NCBI GenBank assembly: GCA_054600435.1 | Contig: BAAIJX010000026.1 | Location: 248,001-312,000, forward strand | DNA from: Neophaeotheca triangularis | Taxonomy: Eukaryota | Direction of reading: 5' to 3' | DNA: 64,000 nucleotides | Shown: positions 13,201 through 25,323 of the stretch, one piece after another | Position numbering within the stretch: the first letter of the stretch is position 1 | Layout: each line of letters starts with the position of its first letter | Made by a program: the position numbers and the translations under genes | The notes under the pieces: generated by a model | Told to the model about the DNA's origin: nothing | The model's database searches: none | What the model saw: only the letters and a program-made list of their open reading frames with translations

Positions 13201-14682
13201 ATACACATTGCGAATCCGACAGCCTTCTTCGACCGCGACCATCCGCTCGCGAAGATGGCTAGACACATGGGTGAGAGCATCTACATGCCCGAAAGAGCGT
13301 ACACGATGCTGGCCCCGTGGACGACGAGCGGACACTTCTCTCTACGGCGTAACCGGCCCTGTCTCACTTTCTCTGTCAAGATGGACGAAGACGGTACCAA
13401 GCTGGGCCACAAAATTCAACCGGGTACGATCCACAATGTCCAGCGTCTCACGCCGACCGAGGTCGATCAACTTTTGGACGAGCACCAGGCTCCACTTGCA
13501 CCGAGCGAAGAACTGGTCATGACTGTTGGCGGCGATCCACCACCTTCCAAAGCGTCCGCGTCCAATTTAGCCCATGTCACCACACAGATGAAAGATGACT
13601 TGAGGATACTATCTAAAATTGCAGCTACGCGCTTCGCTTTCCGATCTGCAGCGGGTGGGGTCTCTTTCGATATGTCCAGCCCGGAGGTCAACGTCTGGCA
13701 AAACTACAATACCGGTCTGGCTTGGGACCACCCTTTTCGCAAAGGCGGACGCATCGTTGAGGGCGACCCAGTCATCCAATTCCGCACCAAGCCCTTCCAA
13801 AACTGGTTCGCAGCAAAAAGCAGACCGGGCGAAAACATGGTCAAAGAAATGATGCTGCTCACCTGCGAGACAGCCGCGTCCTGGTGTGCCGAGCGCCAGA
13901 TCCCAACTCTCTACCGCGGCACCAAGATACGCCCCGACCGCATTGGCAGCGAGAAATTTATGCGCGAAGTGCTTGCCCCGGCAACCGAAAAGAACGACGG
14001 CGAGTACCCCTTCACCCTAGGGCTCCAATACATCACAACCCTCGGCACCACCAGCCTCTCCACTGAACCCCTCGCCCACCGAACCTTAGGCCTAGACTAC
14101 TATACAAAAGCCACCAGCCCCCTCCGACGTTACGGCGACATGATACTCCACTGGCAAATTGAAGCCGCGCTGCGCGAAGAAGCGCGCACAGGCAAATCCC
14201 TAGTCACCACGCAACCGCGCACGACAAGCGCCTCGCAAGCTTTCCTTCCTTTCCCCACTCAAGCTCTCAAAACCATTATCACGGGCCTCCAGCCCCGCGA
14301 GAGCATCATAACCCGCGCCAAAGGCTACTCGGAACGCCACTGGCAAGTCCTGCTCTTCTTCCGCGCTTTCCACTTCGGCGAAGCCGCCCTGCCGGCTGAC
14401 ACTTTCCGCGCTATCATCTACGGCAAGGTCAACGATCCAGGTGCCCAACTTGTGCAGGTCATGGTCGAGGAGTTGAACATCAATGCCACGATGACTCCGC
14501 CGCGGGAACGGACGGTAGGGGCGGGAAAGATAACGCCGGCGGCGCAAGGCGGGTTGCTGGGGTGGGCTACGGCGGGGGATGTGTGGGAGGTCAAGATTGA
14601 GTATGTGCATGTTTATCGCAGGGAGATTAGTGTTAGGGCTCTTAGGTTGGTTAGTCGCGAAGAGTGGGCGGACATGATTTGA
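10288..14682 (+). CDS. cyt-4: Mitochondrial RNase II/RNB-family exoribonuclease (degradosome subunit, Dss1/CYT-4)
   Basis: 1464 aa single ORF; RNB motifs 'FCVDAAGAHEIDDGISLE', 'HIHIANPT', 'SIYMPE', 'ATSPLRRYGDMILHWQI'; Arg-rich presequence-like N-terminus. Confidence 0.9.
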   Translation: MLPVQRRATDAVVRQSGHVCLSCRLKTQYQQRRHLSQQSPADPDDEELDPFRENLHAHRRHEVSDRPQPPVHKFAVPTSSRALSLRPQKANYKRTINTEKTTGQPAKSSRAVFIRKHPASGDTIDDRWYREHRRSAAKVFKLHKYVSPHDVVRRLFERRTSDERQSVQFRGIPGIRRHTHPGVRMVNIPEELEAEAKAVDKEFNAVLESHLGGADAIRSIFNLESKVAVEKYIAQLERTLERALRKQGVKPNKLFSSQDHSQLKKVKLDRTMSWCLSTLQDLYKVRRDMHGEPEAEGPSYVAQRTSNQSKRQIDGATIVEDPSLEHIQSDAPGIRFHLASQSPGIRNNRPFPAPSGDVDRRFTNCVGRASSQRVPSRKPEPPPSSPASASAFAWQRPSWALSSGQQTRAFSSTNYQYRTTAAEASYLSPYAQPPPDMSSDPNYSAPRRKVENPSGIRAQLRRWQEANGKDETHTTPSIDVGTSDGVTGNTLTRLTENDNRRRDAEDDTQDQQEAMMEFTNAKVDELSGNQLDPRFLKQGDLCEIEFPKTERESILAIFIQRFQNFAQFYTIQGRWMHMEEKKIQYAVPSVIGPEMLAPLIEHLPTEDQYANREALEQLAYVEDLSVPRRVSKPVIDRLAQFQRESDEIYRRHASSLDSAHDLLAHDTDLRYGSLLSTAMVLLRTTADKVSPAALFTVRKSLMRAGYAFNIDRRSHRATGYLQIRSRDQVRMVEYVRNWIREWQDDLALTSGKTEGAKKRHKSNRGAQIVQDFIEKSRSIVLKSRENRDPTPFGNVGPSKIKRTISEDQSAVEMTAEEIFTKEESELVRFLEAWTCSNMFLGLPRLESLPPLILQATGLYREAGYGFMPSTGFVFLQEIGTILPYENRIRFDQHLLLPSSQHSRPLQKLMTKILAMRQNPDFNDSMSDLRRDWGNMPVFCVDAAGAHEIDDGISLERAGLDQATGKFIYWVHIHIANPTAFFDRDHPLAKMARHMGESIYMPERAYTMLAPWTTSGHFSLRRNRPCLTFSVKMDEDGTKLGHKIQPGTIHNVQRLTPTEVDQLLDEHQAPLAPSEELVMTVGGDPPPSKASASNLAHVTTQMKDDLRILSKIAATRFAFRSAAGGVSFDMSSPEVNVWQNYNTGLAWDHPFRKGGRIVEGDPVIQFRTKPFQNWFAAKSRPGENMVKEMMLLTCETAASWCAERQIPTLYRGTKIRPDRIGSEKFMREVLAPATEKNDGEYPFTLGLQYITTLGTTSLSTEPLAHRTLGLDYYTKATSPLRRYGDMILHWQIEAALREEARTGKSLVTTQPRTTSASQAFLPFPTQALKTIITGLQPRESIITRAKGYSERHWQVLLFFRAFHFGEAALPADTFRAIIYGKVNDPGAQLVQVMVEELNINATMTPPRERTVGAGKITPAAQGGLLGWATAGDVWEVKIEYVHVYRREISVRALRLVSREEWADMI

Positions 14683-14992
14683 AGTGGTGGAATGTGGCTT
14701 TTGAGCGTTCTGACGGGGGCTTGAGCTCTTGTCTCCAACACAGAGTTACGGTGTTGAGAAGCCGCGGTAACCTCGGTGGATATGTTGATATGGCTGGCCG
14801 TATAACCTTACTAAATGGATTACAAGAGCTCAATCACATACCACTCAACTGGCACCATCAAGTTGCGAAATGAGATCGGACAGCAAATAAATCTAATCTA
14901 ATGATCCAATGACAAAAAGAACCTCCAAAATCGAAGCGAACGTTGTATCAGTTTACATCCTTCACCGCCGGCAAACAGGTTTCTTCCCCGGC

Positions 14993-15980
14993 TTAAGCGC
15001 AACCATCGCTGAGAGTCAACAGACCAGTAACAGCACAAGTGGCATTAACCAACAAGTTAGTAACTGGATCGACACCCGCAAAGACATCCTTGACCGTACC
15101 CTCAGTCAGCACGCTCAAACCCTCCGGCAGGGGCTCGGGGGAGTTGGCAAAGAGCTCGAGCACCATGGCGGCGAGCGAGGGCAGCGTGGTGGGGGCTTTG
15201 GTCGGCCTCCAGCCTTCGGCGTACGGCAGACGCTCTTCTTCGAACAGGACGCGGACGTATTCGAGCGGCGCGACACCCGTGACTGGGTCGCCCATGGTGG
15301 AGAGGTAGATGGCCGTCTCGCCGTAGCGGAAGGTGAATTCGCGGGGGCCGTAGACGAATTTCGGGTTGCGGGCGAGTGAGTCTTGGTAGCGCTTGTACAT
15401 GGCGTGCGAGGCTACGGGAATGGAGGTTTTGTCCATGCCTGGGTGATGTTGTTGTTAGTGTAATGTCTACAGCATGGATGAGGGGAAGGGGGCTCGCTGT
15501 GGCTACGCACCTTCGTAGGCCGCAAGGATCATGTCCCAGATTTGCTGGTTGAAGTCCGAATTGTCACCCAGGTTGGCGTCTTGACGGCTCAAGCTTGCGT
15601 CGTGCTCGATGGGGAAGTTGTGCTGGTCGAGCATGTTTAGGTCGAAGAAGCCGTCGGTGGGCAGGTCGTTAGAGAGGAGGCCGGCGCCACCGATGGCGGT
15701 CGTGAAGTCGTCGCCCATGTTGAGACCATCTTTCAGACCCTTGTAGAGGATAGGGAGGGTCATGCCACGGCCATCGCGAGGGAGGATACCGTGGTTTGCT
15801 GGTGAGTCCTGTTAGTGTGGTCGCAACGCCTGTAAGGCTAGCTCGGGTCATACCTAGGGCGTTAAGGCCTGGACATGGCGAGCGGACATCGTTTGGCCCC
15901 GGACGCTGGTAATTGGAGAAATCGACAGCAGCAGCTGAACCGGCCAACACGCCAGTGAGAGCTTTGGTTAGAGTGGACAT
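14993..15980 (-). CDS. Secreted heme-thiolate peroxidase / short unspecific peroxygenase (chloroperoxidase family)
   Basis: Exons 15980-15854, 15798-15511, 15438-14993 (introns of 55 and 72 nt), 286 aa; signal peptide, 'RSPCPGLNALANHG' proximal Cys, 'IEHDASLSRQD', 'EERLP...GW'. Confidence 0.92.
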
Positions 15981-17649
15981 GTTGAAGCGAGTGTTTGTTT
16001 CTATGAAGGGATTCACAAACAGATTGCCACGAAGGTAGAAGTGAAAGAAGGAGACTGCGCCAGAGATGTATGTTGCTTACCTTTGCCAGTATTGCAATAT
16101 GCTGGTCACCGTCCGCCACACCGAGGCACTATCGAAGCCATTGATGACAGCCCACAAGGTTGTTCTTGAGCCATCAAAAATGTGACCATTCAGGACTGAG
16201 AATGTAGATCTACCTTTAAGCATGATTGCAGATCATTCTTCGACATCTAATACCTGCCGCGGCTTGGCGGAGCTTAGGTTAAACTCTCCCCGCTCCAACT
16301 CCACTCACGTCTTTGGAATCTTGCTGACAACCGCGGGTGACGAGGAACACTTGAGAGGCCAGGTCGACGTCGAGCTGTCACTTAGAAGAAGTTATAGTCT
16401 TTCTGGACATCTCTCGGCAAATCGAGATTGAGATCTGACGTTTGGTTCAACATGAGCAAGAAAGCATGACCACGGCTCTAAAAAGGATTGCCGACCTGTC
16501 TAGGCACGTTGTTTGGCAGCTGAGCGTTTTCTAGGAGACCCGTGGAGAAGAGCTACAAGAGTGCCGTTACAGTCGAGCTCTGGTCGTGGTGATGGCCTCA
16601 TTGCATTTCGAGATCGAGAGCCATTCGCTGCTGCCATCACGTCTTCGATGATCGACGCTCTCTAGTACGCACCGTTTTTAGTATTGGCCTTGCGTTCGCA
16701 GCCTATACGACAGGAAGACAACGCGTTCATCAATTCGGGTGTTCGAGGAAACGTTGCATGCTCGCAAAGGTTTATTGAGAGGTCCGAGCAGTGGAGTGGA
16801 CAAAGTCTTTACTGGAGAAATTGGAGGAGCCTCATAGCGCGACATTGTTAGTAGACGATTCGTCATGACTGCTTTGTTGGGAAGCGCTTTCGGATAGCTC
16901 AAACGTGGTAAAGGAAGCTATTAAAGACACGGCTTAGGACAGCTTAGGATGGCTCGAAATGTATCATGGTATCGCGATAACGCTAGTTGGTAAATCAGAC
17001 TCTCGAGCTCTGGTGGGAAATGTCAGAAGTGAGACGCCAGTATTCTCCAGGTCCCGGCGAAAGTAAGTAAGATGGAGTGACCAGGTAGTCTATACTCGTA
17101 CTGCGTACGACTGTAATGTAGGCGAGAAACATCCTGCTCCAGCTGGAGACACCCGGTGTAACCAACGGTGGCTTTTCGAAAGAGTCCTACAAAGGATTCC
17201 CACGTGTCGGACGAGTATCGTTTACTGTCGATTCACTGTGACATGCATACTTCAGCCTCAGGCTTACAAGCCTTGGTAAGTCTCTAGATACCTGCCTGAC
17301 CGAGTGCCTGGTTTGTGTCGCCACCGTTCCCAAGTGCGCGTGCTTGAAGGTGTAGTAGCTAATGCGTTCAAAGAGAATAAGACAGCAGTAGCAGTAGATA
17401 CGGTATGTTGTATGTTGTAGGTTGGCAATGTTGAACTTCGCGGTGCTGGAGATTCGCTTTGCTGAGTAGTTCCTGCCTCAGGCCAACATCTCTCCACCAT
17501 ATCCAGGTCTGCCCGGCTACTCCCGACAACCGCCAAGGCTCGCTCCAGGAGCAGCTTCGCTTCCAGCAGCAACACAACCTCAAGCTATATACACCCGCGC
17601 GCATCACCCATTCGACCCTCTCCACTCCTTCCGACCGCTACAAAACATC

Positions 17650-18564
17650 ATGTTCCTCCGACGAGCCGCCCCGGCGGCGCTTTCCAAACGCATAGTGCCC
17701 CGCCAGACCGCCGTGCGCAGCTTTGCCAGCTCGATGAAGAGATGTGAGTGCCCCCAATGGCAGGCGGGAGGGTGGAGCACGCCGGCGTACAAATGAGTTG
17801 CGGCAACTTGGGCAATACAGAGTAGAAGTGGGGGTTCTAAGGAGTCACACGAGACTGACAAAGATGCGTAGTCGAAAGCGGCACCCACGGCAACCCGAAG
17901 CCCGGCGAGGAGAGCAAGCACATGAAGCCGTTTGAAGGTACAAAGCACACCGATATCATGCCCAAACTTCGGACGACTTCAAAAGAGCGTGCAAGACTCA
18001 GGATCGCCTACTAACCATACCTCTGCGCCTTAGAAATTTCCAACGAGCACGACCTGATGCCCCCCGGCGGCCAGCCCGGTACCATCCCCACGGACCTCGA
18101 GCAATCCACCGGTCTCGAGCGCCTCGAAATCCTTGGCAAAATGCAAGGCGTCGACATCTTCGACATGAAGCCACTGGACGCCAGCCGCGTCGGTAAGCAG
18201 CCACAACAACCACCAGCACTGGCCCCACTCTAACCCCCATCTCCCCTCCCCCTTAGGCACCATGGAAGACCCCATCTCGGTAAAATCCTTCGGCGACGAG
18301 CAATACGTCGGCTGCACCGGCTGCCCGGCCGATACGCACAACGTCTGGTGGTTGACCATCTCGCGCGACCGGCCGCACGAGCGCTGCCCCGAGTGCGGCT
18401 CCGTCTACAAGATGGAGTACGTCGGGCCACAAGAGTCGCACGACGCGCACGGCCACGGCCACGGCGAGCATGATATCCACGCCGATGCCGACGGCATGCA
18501 CAACTACGAGGGCGAGCCGAAGACCATGGCCGATTACATCAAGCCCGAGTATAGGTATGTTTAG
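17650..18564 (+). CDS. COX4: Cytochrome c oxidase subunit IV (fungal Cox4 / COX5B zinc-binding family)
   Basis: Exons 17650-17743, 17872-17937, 18034-18192, 18257-18564 give 208 aa; mitochondrial presequence, 'GTIPTDLEQSTGLERLEILGK', 'YVGCTG', 'RCPECGSVYK'. Confidence 0.95.
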
Positions 18565-19065
18565 GGCTGTGGACTGCTGGGGAAGTCGGGAGATGTGGTT
18601 TTCAGAGACGAGGAGTTGGGCTTGGAGATGGAGGGGGGCGGCTGTATAGATGAGAGAGGATGTGTAACATAGGTTGCATGGAACAGCAAAGCAAAGACGG
18701 TTCAGCGATTGAACGTGCAGGTTCCGAATTGCGTTTCTCAACTCGACTTCCAGATCCCTTGACGCTTCTGTGTGGACGTGAGAAGAAACCTCTTGCGTCG
18801 TTGCTGGGTTCTGTCGCCTCCTTCGCGTTCAAACTCGCAGACTACTCACATTAGTTGGCCTGATACATAACCTGCTACCTCGGCTTCCGAATCCAAAGCC
18901 CATGGCCAACAATTAAGCTTGAACGCCCACGCTCGCCATTAAAAAGCAAGCCGCAAGCTCACTCAAAAGTAAAGACGGTTGCTCCCACTCCCAAAGCAAT
19001 TCCACTACCTAAACCCCCACTCCCGACCTTCCTGCCCCCCTCGAACCAAACACCCTGGCCCTCAC

Positions 19066-20071
19066 TCAAGACCCCTTAAGCGCCACAGCCCCAAGCACCG
19101 CCCTCTCGCTCTCCCTCCTCCAAGCCCTCAACTCCCCATCCCCCTTGGGCACGGCATCGAGCTTGTAGACTTTACGGACCCGCGACAAATCCGTGTGGCG
19201 GGCGAGGTTGGCGTCTGTCAAGGGCTGCAGCTCACCTTGGATTTGGGATTGCAGGTGTTGTTGGGTCGTGGTTTCTGGGGTGCTGGTGGGAGGGCTTGTT
19301 GGGGGGTTGGTCGAGGTTGTGCGGGCGTTGTGGACTTTGATGGCCAGGAGGGTTGTTGTGGTTTCTTGGACGCCGAAGCGGCGGAAGGACTCGGCGATCT
19401 GTGGGTGGAGAGAGGGGGGAGGGGGTTAGTTTGTGTGTGGCTGTTCTTTTTTTTTTTTTTTTTTTTTGCTTTTTTGGTTGTTCTGGCAAGAGAAAGAGAA
19501 TGGTGTTTGTGTGGATAATAATGCTATCAAGGTGTTGTCGTGCTGGGGTTTTGTTTTCCATGGCGGGACTGGTGGATCTGCTACTACCGTTTCACCGCCA
19601 GAGCGGATGTTCAGGCTTCCGTGCAGTGTTGCAATTTGCAAGGCTGTGCGGAGATGTCTCGCCGATCTGAGGCAAGACCTCGGAGGATTTTTGCGCGGGG
19701 AAGAATAGCAATGGAAGGAGTGGGACGAGAGATCGCTACTCATGATGACAAGGGACGATGATGAAAGGGGAGCACGCAATGTCGTGCGTGTGGCGGGGAC
19801 TTACGTTGTTGTTCGGGCTCAGGTTGAAGACGATCTCGGAGTGGACGTTCCGGCTGGAGAGTTTGTCGTCGAGCATGGCGTTGATGGCTTTGAAGCTCGC
19901 GGCCAAGACATGGGCGCGCGAGAGCAGGAGCGTCGCGTCCAGGAAAGCATATTCGAAGTCCGTGTTGCCGGCGAGGAGTTGTTGACGGAGAAAGGCAGGG
20001 TTGGAGACGTTGGTGAACAGGGCGGCTGTCAGAGGATAGGCTTCTAGGTGCGGGAGGCGGATGGTTTCCAT
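19066..20071 (-). CDS. CGI121: KEOPS/EKC complex subunit Cgi121
   Basis: Exons 20071-19805 and 19398-19066 (406-nt intron GTAAGT...ACTAAC...CAG) join 'SRNVHSEIVFNLSPNNN|IAESFRRFG...RVRKVYKL...AVALKGS'; 199 aa. Confidence 0.93.
19549..19690 (-). ncRNA. Candidate intronic box H/ACA snoRNA (snR42-like, LSU U2975 guide)
   Basis: Inside the CGI121 intron. Hairpin TGGCGG...CCGCCA (19600-19561) has internal guide strands GGUGAAAC and ACCAGUC and is followed by AAAACA; a further hairpin lies at 19652-19618. Boundaries are approximate. Confidence 0.5.
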
Positions 20072-21361
20072 AGTATCGGTTCTGTGTCTGTGGTTATGGA
20101 TGGCGGGTGGCTTGAGGCTTGCTCGTGCGTGCTACCTACTACCTCCAGTATGCAGATGCAGGGCTATAGCTGGACCCGGGTAGGTGCGTGTCAAGTTAAG
20201 TTAGAGGTAGTAAGTACCTTGGTAAGTACTGCAGGTCGTGTCGTCGTAGGTTGGTCGACCGTCGGATGGATGGCTCGTTGCCCGTCGGGTATTATGACCC
20301 GGGTCGGTCGACTACGCTTTGGTCTCGTACCGTCTCGTCTCACTTCCCGAAGGCAACTGCCGGGAAAGAATCACTGTGGGATAGAGTGAGGATGGTTTGT
20401 TTCGACAGATGGCGTTGTGAAGTCAAGATGGAGGGGGAATGGCGTGGTGAGCCTCGGCTCGTTGGCAAACTGCTGCTTTGGGTAAGATACAGTATGTACT
20501 CGTACCTGTCTGTCTACGTGATTCGTGATGGGTCTCGAGTCGACATGTGCGTCGAACGAGACGGCGAGCGGAGTCGGAGCGGAGTATGTAAGGGGAGGAG
20601 GGCAAGGAGGGGCTGAGCGGAGTTGAAAAAGTGGAATGGGCGAGCAGTAGTAGAAGCGTTTTTCTGACTAGGCACATCATTAGAGTTGCACCTTTTTCTC
20701 GAGTCAGGTGGATACAGTTTCTAGCTAGGAGCAGCAGACAGCGTGTGAGAGTAGTAGTGTGTGATGAGAGTGTTAGGACAGACGGGAGGTCTAACTTACA
20801 CGCTGCAATAATAATGTTAATGATTTGCTGAGGCTACCACCACCACCACTCACTATTCACTACTGATGAGACTCTCTGGGACTCGGCGCCACTCTCGACG
20901 TTACAGTAGGTGGTAGGAGGTAGTCGACCGATACCGCTGCTGTCGAATGTTACCTTACCTTTACCTCACCTCACCAACTCACCTTACTTACACCAACCTT
21001 GCGCCGTCCGCCGTCCTTCATCACCCCCTCTACGCCGACTTGTGCAACTTCACCTCCAACTCGACCCGCTCACCACCCCGCCTCACCTGCAGTTCGACTG
21101 TCTGCAGAGGAATAATACCAGCAGTAGCACCGCCCGCCTGCATCCATTAGCCCGAACCCCGATCGGCAGAGGCCAGGTGAATGCGCGCCAATCAGATGTG
21201 TCCCGCGTGTCCCACCTCCCTGCGCTGAAGCGTGAAGCGGCAACAATCGCCACGGCATCTGCCACGAGCCTGATAGACGAACGACATACTCTTCCTCTCC
21301 CTCTTTCGTAACCTCCCTTTTACGGGGTGCCACCGCCGGTGCCCGCCGCCCGCCGCCGGCC

Positions 21362-24300
21362 ATGCAGGTGGACAGCAGCAACAACGAAAATATCAACAGC
21401 TACAAGCGGCCCGGCGACGACGGCAACTTGTACGCTGGACCAAACAAGTATGCCAGGACCGACGACAGCGCGTCCTCAGCGGGGTACTTGAGCTATGGTG
21501 GTGGCAGTGCAGGTGGGCTTGTCGGAGGCAGCGGTGGTGGGAGTGACGACCAGTCGCGCAGGACCAGCGAGGAATGCAGGAGGGGAAGCAAAAAGGGCTC
21601 CAGCACGACGAGGACGGGACAGGCGTGCGATCGGTGCAAGGTGTGTACGACTTGATGTCTGCTTGGCGCATGTGGTTGTCCAAGACCGTCCCGACGAAAG
21701 ACATGTTTGCCCCATCATTTGGGTATGCTAGTATACTAACTTACTCGTGCTCGCTCCCAGGTGAGAAAGATACGGTGTGACGCCAGACCAGGTGGTTGCT
21801 CGCCATGCCTTCAGAACAACACCGAGTGCAAAACTACAGATCGCATCACTGGCCGCGCGACGAGCAGAGGCCATACCGAGAACCTTGAGAACGAGAATGC
21901 GAGCCTGCGTATGTACATGGTGGAGCTTCAGCAGCAATTGCGTGAGCACGAGATTGAACCTCGGCCGATGCCTGGAGTGCCCCCTGGCTATCTGCCCGCA
22001 ACATCCGCGCCACAGCAGCAGTATGAACCACAAGCTAGATCGAGCACAGCGGATTGGGAAGGCAGTGTCGTATTGGGCGAGCAACAAGGACAAACGCAGA
22101 ATGGACCCGAAGGTCGTCAAGGCTCTCAGACTTCCCTCCTACCAGATTTCAAGAGTGGCTGCGTTGGCGACAACTATCTGGGTGTGTCCTCCGAGAATAA
22201 TTGGCTCAGCCCTATCAAGGGAACTTCGCTCGCGCTGTTCGGCATGGAGATAGACCTGGCCAAATTCACTCCCGCCGAGAACGACCTGGGACAGAGTGCT
22301 ATGAGCTACGAGACATTTCTCAACAACAGTTTCGGCAAATCTCGTCAACAAATGCATGTCCCCCGGCTGCCTACCTACGAGCAGTGCAAAACATATGCAG
22401 AATGGTATTTCCGCTCCATTCAGGCATTTGTACCCATCCTCCACAAGCCCGACTTCATGACGCTTTTGGACCGCATACACCATCAAGGGTACCAAACCAA
22501 CGCTGCGGAAACAGTGCAAGTTCAACTTGTACTTGCAATCATCGGCTATCAGTACTCGGTACGAAACGCCAACACACAAGCTCGTGACGAGTCCATGAGT
22601 CGCTTTCACTATGCCTGCTCATTCGTAGCCGAACTCATGAAAGGCCACAGTCTCCAGGACGTACAAGCCCTCACTCTTATCGCTCACATGATGCGCGGCT
22701 TTCCTCGGCCTGGAGCTGCATGGATGTTTACCAACATGGTGCTGGGTCTGGCCATGGAGATTGGCCTACACCGCTCGGCCAAGGCTTGGAAATCGGAATC
22801 GCCGGCTGCTGCTCCCACTGAGCCACATACCATAGAGATGCGCAAGAGAGTTTGGTGGAGCCTTTTGCTCTTCCATGTCACCCTATCTGGCCGCCTTGGT
22901 CGGCCGATGCCTTTGCGACTTGAAGACTTTGATATTGAATACCCTGAGCCTCTGTCTGACAATCTGCCATCTGATCGGGATCTATCTCCATGGCGCAAGT
23001 GCTCTTTCAGGGCGGCGATTTTGGGTTTCAAGCTTGTGGCGCTCTTGATACAGGTGTTCAGCACAATTTACAGCGTCAAACCATCGAGCTTTACGGGTCT
23101 GGGCACCTACGAGGCTAGTGTCAAGAGGCTCGAGAAGGAAGTCGACGCCTTTCAAGCCGAAATACCCCCTGAGCTTTCCGGAGGCCCTCAGACCACGCAC
23201 GAGAGCAAGGTCATGTCGCTTTACATCAACATGACTGTTCAAGAAATACGCTTGCTGCTGCATCATCCTGCCCTTTGCCGCACCACGAGTCCCAATGTCA
23301 CGGCCGATAATCTCTCTGTATGCCTCGATGCCAGTAGCAAGATGCTCGCTAGCGCCGTTACCGTTCGGCAGTTCAAGAGTTTGGACACGACGTGGTACAT
23401 GGCAACTACTTTCCTTGCTGCAATTTTCACGACCCTCTTCGCCTATACAGAGCGACAGGATACCGTCACCAGCTCTGAGCTTTCGAAGCTGAAGACCGAT
23501 ATGGACTCTTGGCTCGAAATCATTGGGGAAGTAGGGGTTTTATTAGGCTCGGGCTCGAGCCTACGAGACAGTATCAGCGTCATTATCAATACTGCTCTCG
23601 ATCACCTTGGCCGTCATTTGGCAGAGAAGACGGCCGCCCAAGCGGTTGCATCTGTAGACTCTCCGCAACACTCCCCGCATCAACAATCGGGTGCTCAGCA
23701 GCAAATGGGCTATGACCCTTCCCAGGGCTATGCCAACGGCTACACCAACGGCACACATCCGCAAGACCCGACTCGTCAGGGCTACAACGTAAATGGACCA
23801 TACCAACAGCAGCCATCGCAGCCGACAGAAACCCACCTGCAGTCATCTCATCAAAGCGGCTACCCCAGTGGCAACCATTACGCCTTCCCACCCGCTCAAC
23901 CGACTTACCCCGCGGATACCACTATATCCACTTACGATGCAAGCACCACATCCATGTACCCAACACCATCCGACGATGTCAAACCCATCATCCGCAACAT
24001 CACCCCGACGTCCCAACAAACCCCGCCGGCGACGTTCCCTAACACCTCACAACAACCCCCTCCCACAAACCACTATCAACAATACCCCCAACCCTTCCAC
24101 CCGGTCTACACGACCGACCCGAGCCCTGAAACCTTAAGTTTCACCACCAACGGCCCAGCCGCCTGGCGACACTTCGCCGACAACATGATGACCTCCTTCC
24201 CAACCCACTGGGGCGGCGACCCCAACGCCGCGCCCGTAATGCCCGGAGTTGGCATCATGGGAGCCGAGGCGGCGCACACACTGGACATGACGCATGGGCT

Positions 24301-24424
24301 CATGGCGGCTGTTTCGGCCGGTGGCGATGGGGGTGCGGGCACTGCTGCTGCTGCCGCTGGCATGACTGGTGGACAGGGCCAGGCGTGGCCGCTGGTGGGG
24401 CATCACGCGCAGCATGGACATTAG
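21362..24424 (+). CDS. Zn(II)2Cys6 transcription factor with fungal-specific TF domain (possibly EBR1/COD1-like clade)
   Basis: Exons 21362-21640 and 21761-24424 (intron with TACTAAC) join 'ACDRCK|VRKIRCDARPGGCSPCLQNNTEC'; middle domain 'EIGLHR...EMRKRVWW...GRLGRP'; 980 aa with a Q/P-rich tail. Confidence 0.92.
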
Positions 24425-25323
24425 GTTTAGGTCGTGGTGTGTTTTTGCTATCATTTCATACATGGATCTGCGCGGTTTCTACGTCGATTAGCCTGGCGTT
24501 TGCGGTGCTGGGTGGTTGGTCGACTTCGCTCGTGGTGTTACGCGTGGTTGGGACTGTTTTGATTTATCGGAAGTGCACTCCAGCGAAAGGCTGCAAGCAA
24601 CAACGGTTTCACGGTTATTCTGAGGATATGCAGCGATACACTCGGGATTAAGGCTAGATTATTTATGTACCTCGTAGCTGCTCAATGCAAAATCTCGCTT
24701 ATAATATATCCGCGACAGCAACCCGCGCAATCAATCATCATGTCCCTGATTTCTCTCTTCCAATACCCCATCAACATCTTCGCACCCTAATATGTGAGTA
24801 CTTCCATCGCCTTGGCCCTAGAAGTGCAGAGAGATATCGTTCGGTGAAGCCCTGCCTGCCTCCTCGGAGCGCAACTACAGTGGTCCGCGGCTCCCGCAGG
24901 GTCTTGCTTGTGACGTACATTCGGGCCGTCGGTTCGCGATGAGGTCTCGACAACATCATCATCGCGAGCGCAGAACAACCTTAAGCTGGAAAGGTGATGG
25001 TTGTCTTTTTGGTAATGATAAAACAAGACAGCAATTACTCGTATCATCACATCCCAGAATCGTAAGTTGATCGACTACTTGTTTCTTTGAATTGATCGCA
25101 CTGCCCGAGAGAAACCACATACCACTCCAGCGACAACGAGTTTGTCAAGAATAAAGGCGGTGGATATCGATCGATCAGGCTCTGCCTCTAATCCAATCAT
25201 ACCGATTTATTTACTCTGAAGAGCTATATCTCTGGCCAATACACTCGCCATACCAGCAGCCTCGACTCCCCAACCCGCTCCAGGAATCCCGCAAACCGCA
25301 CATTCCCACCGCAAATCGCCACC

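Noticed and set aside
19742..19764. Two ATGATGA motifs in the CGI121 intron
   Set aside because: They are antisense to the host transcript and have no nearby D box.
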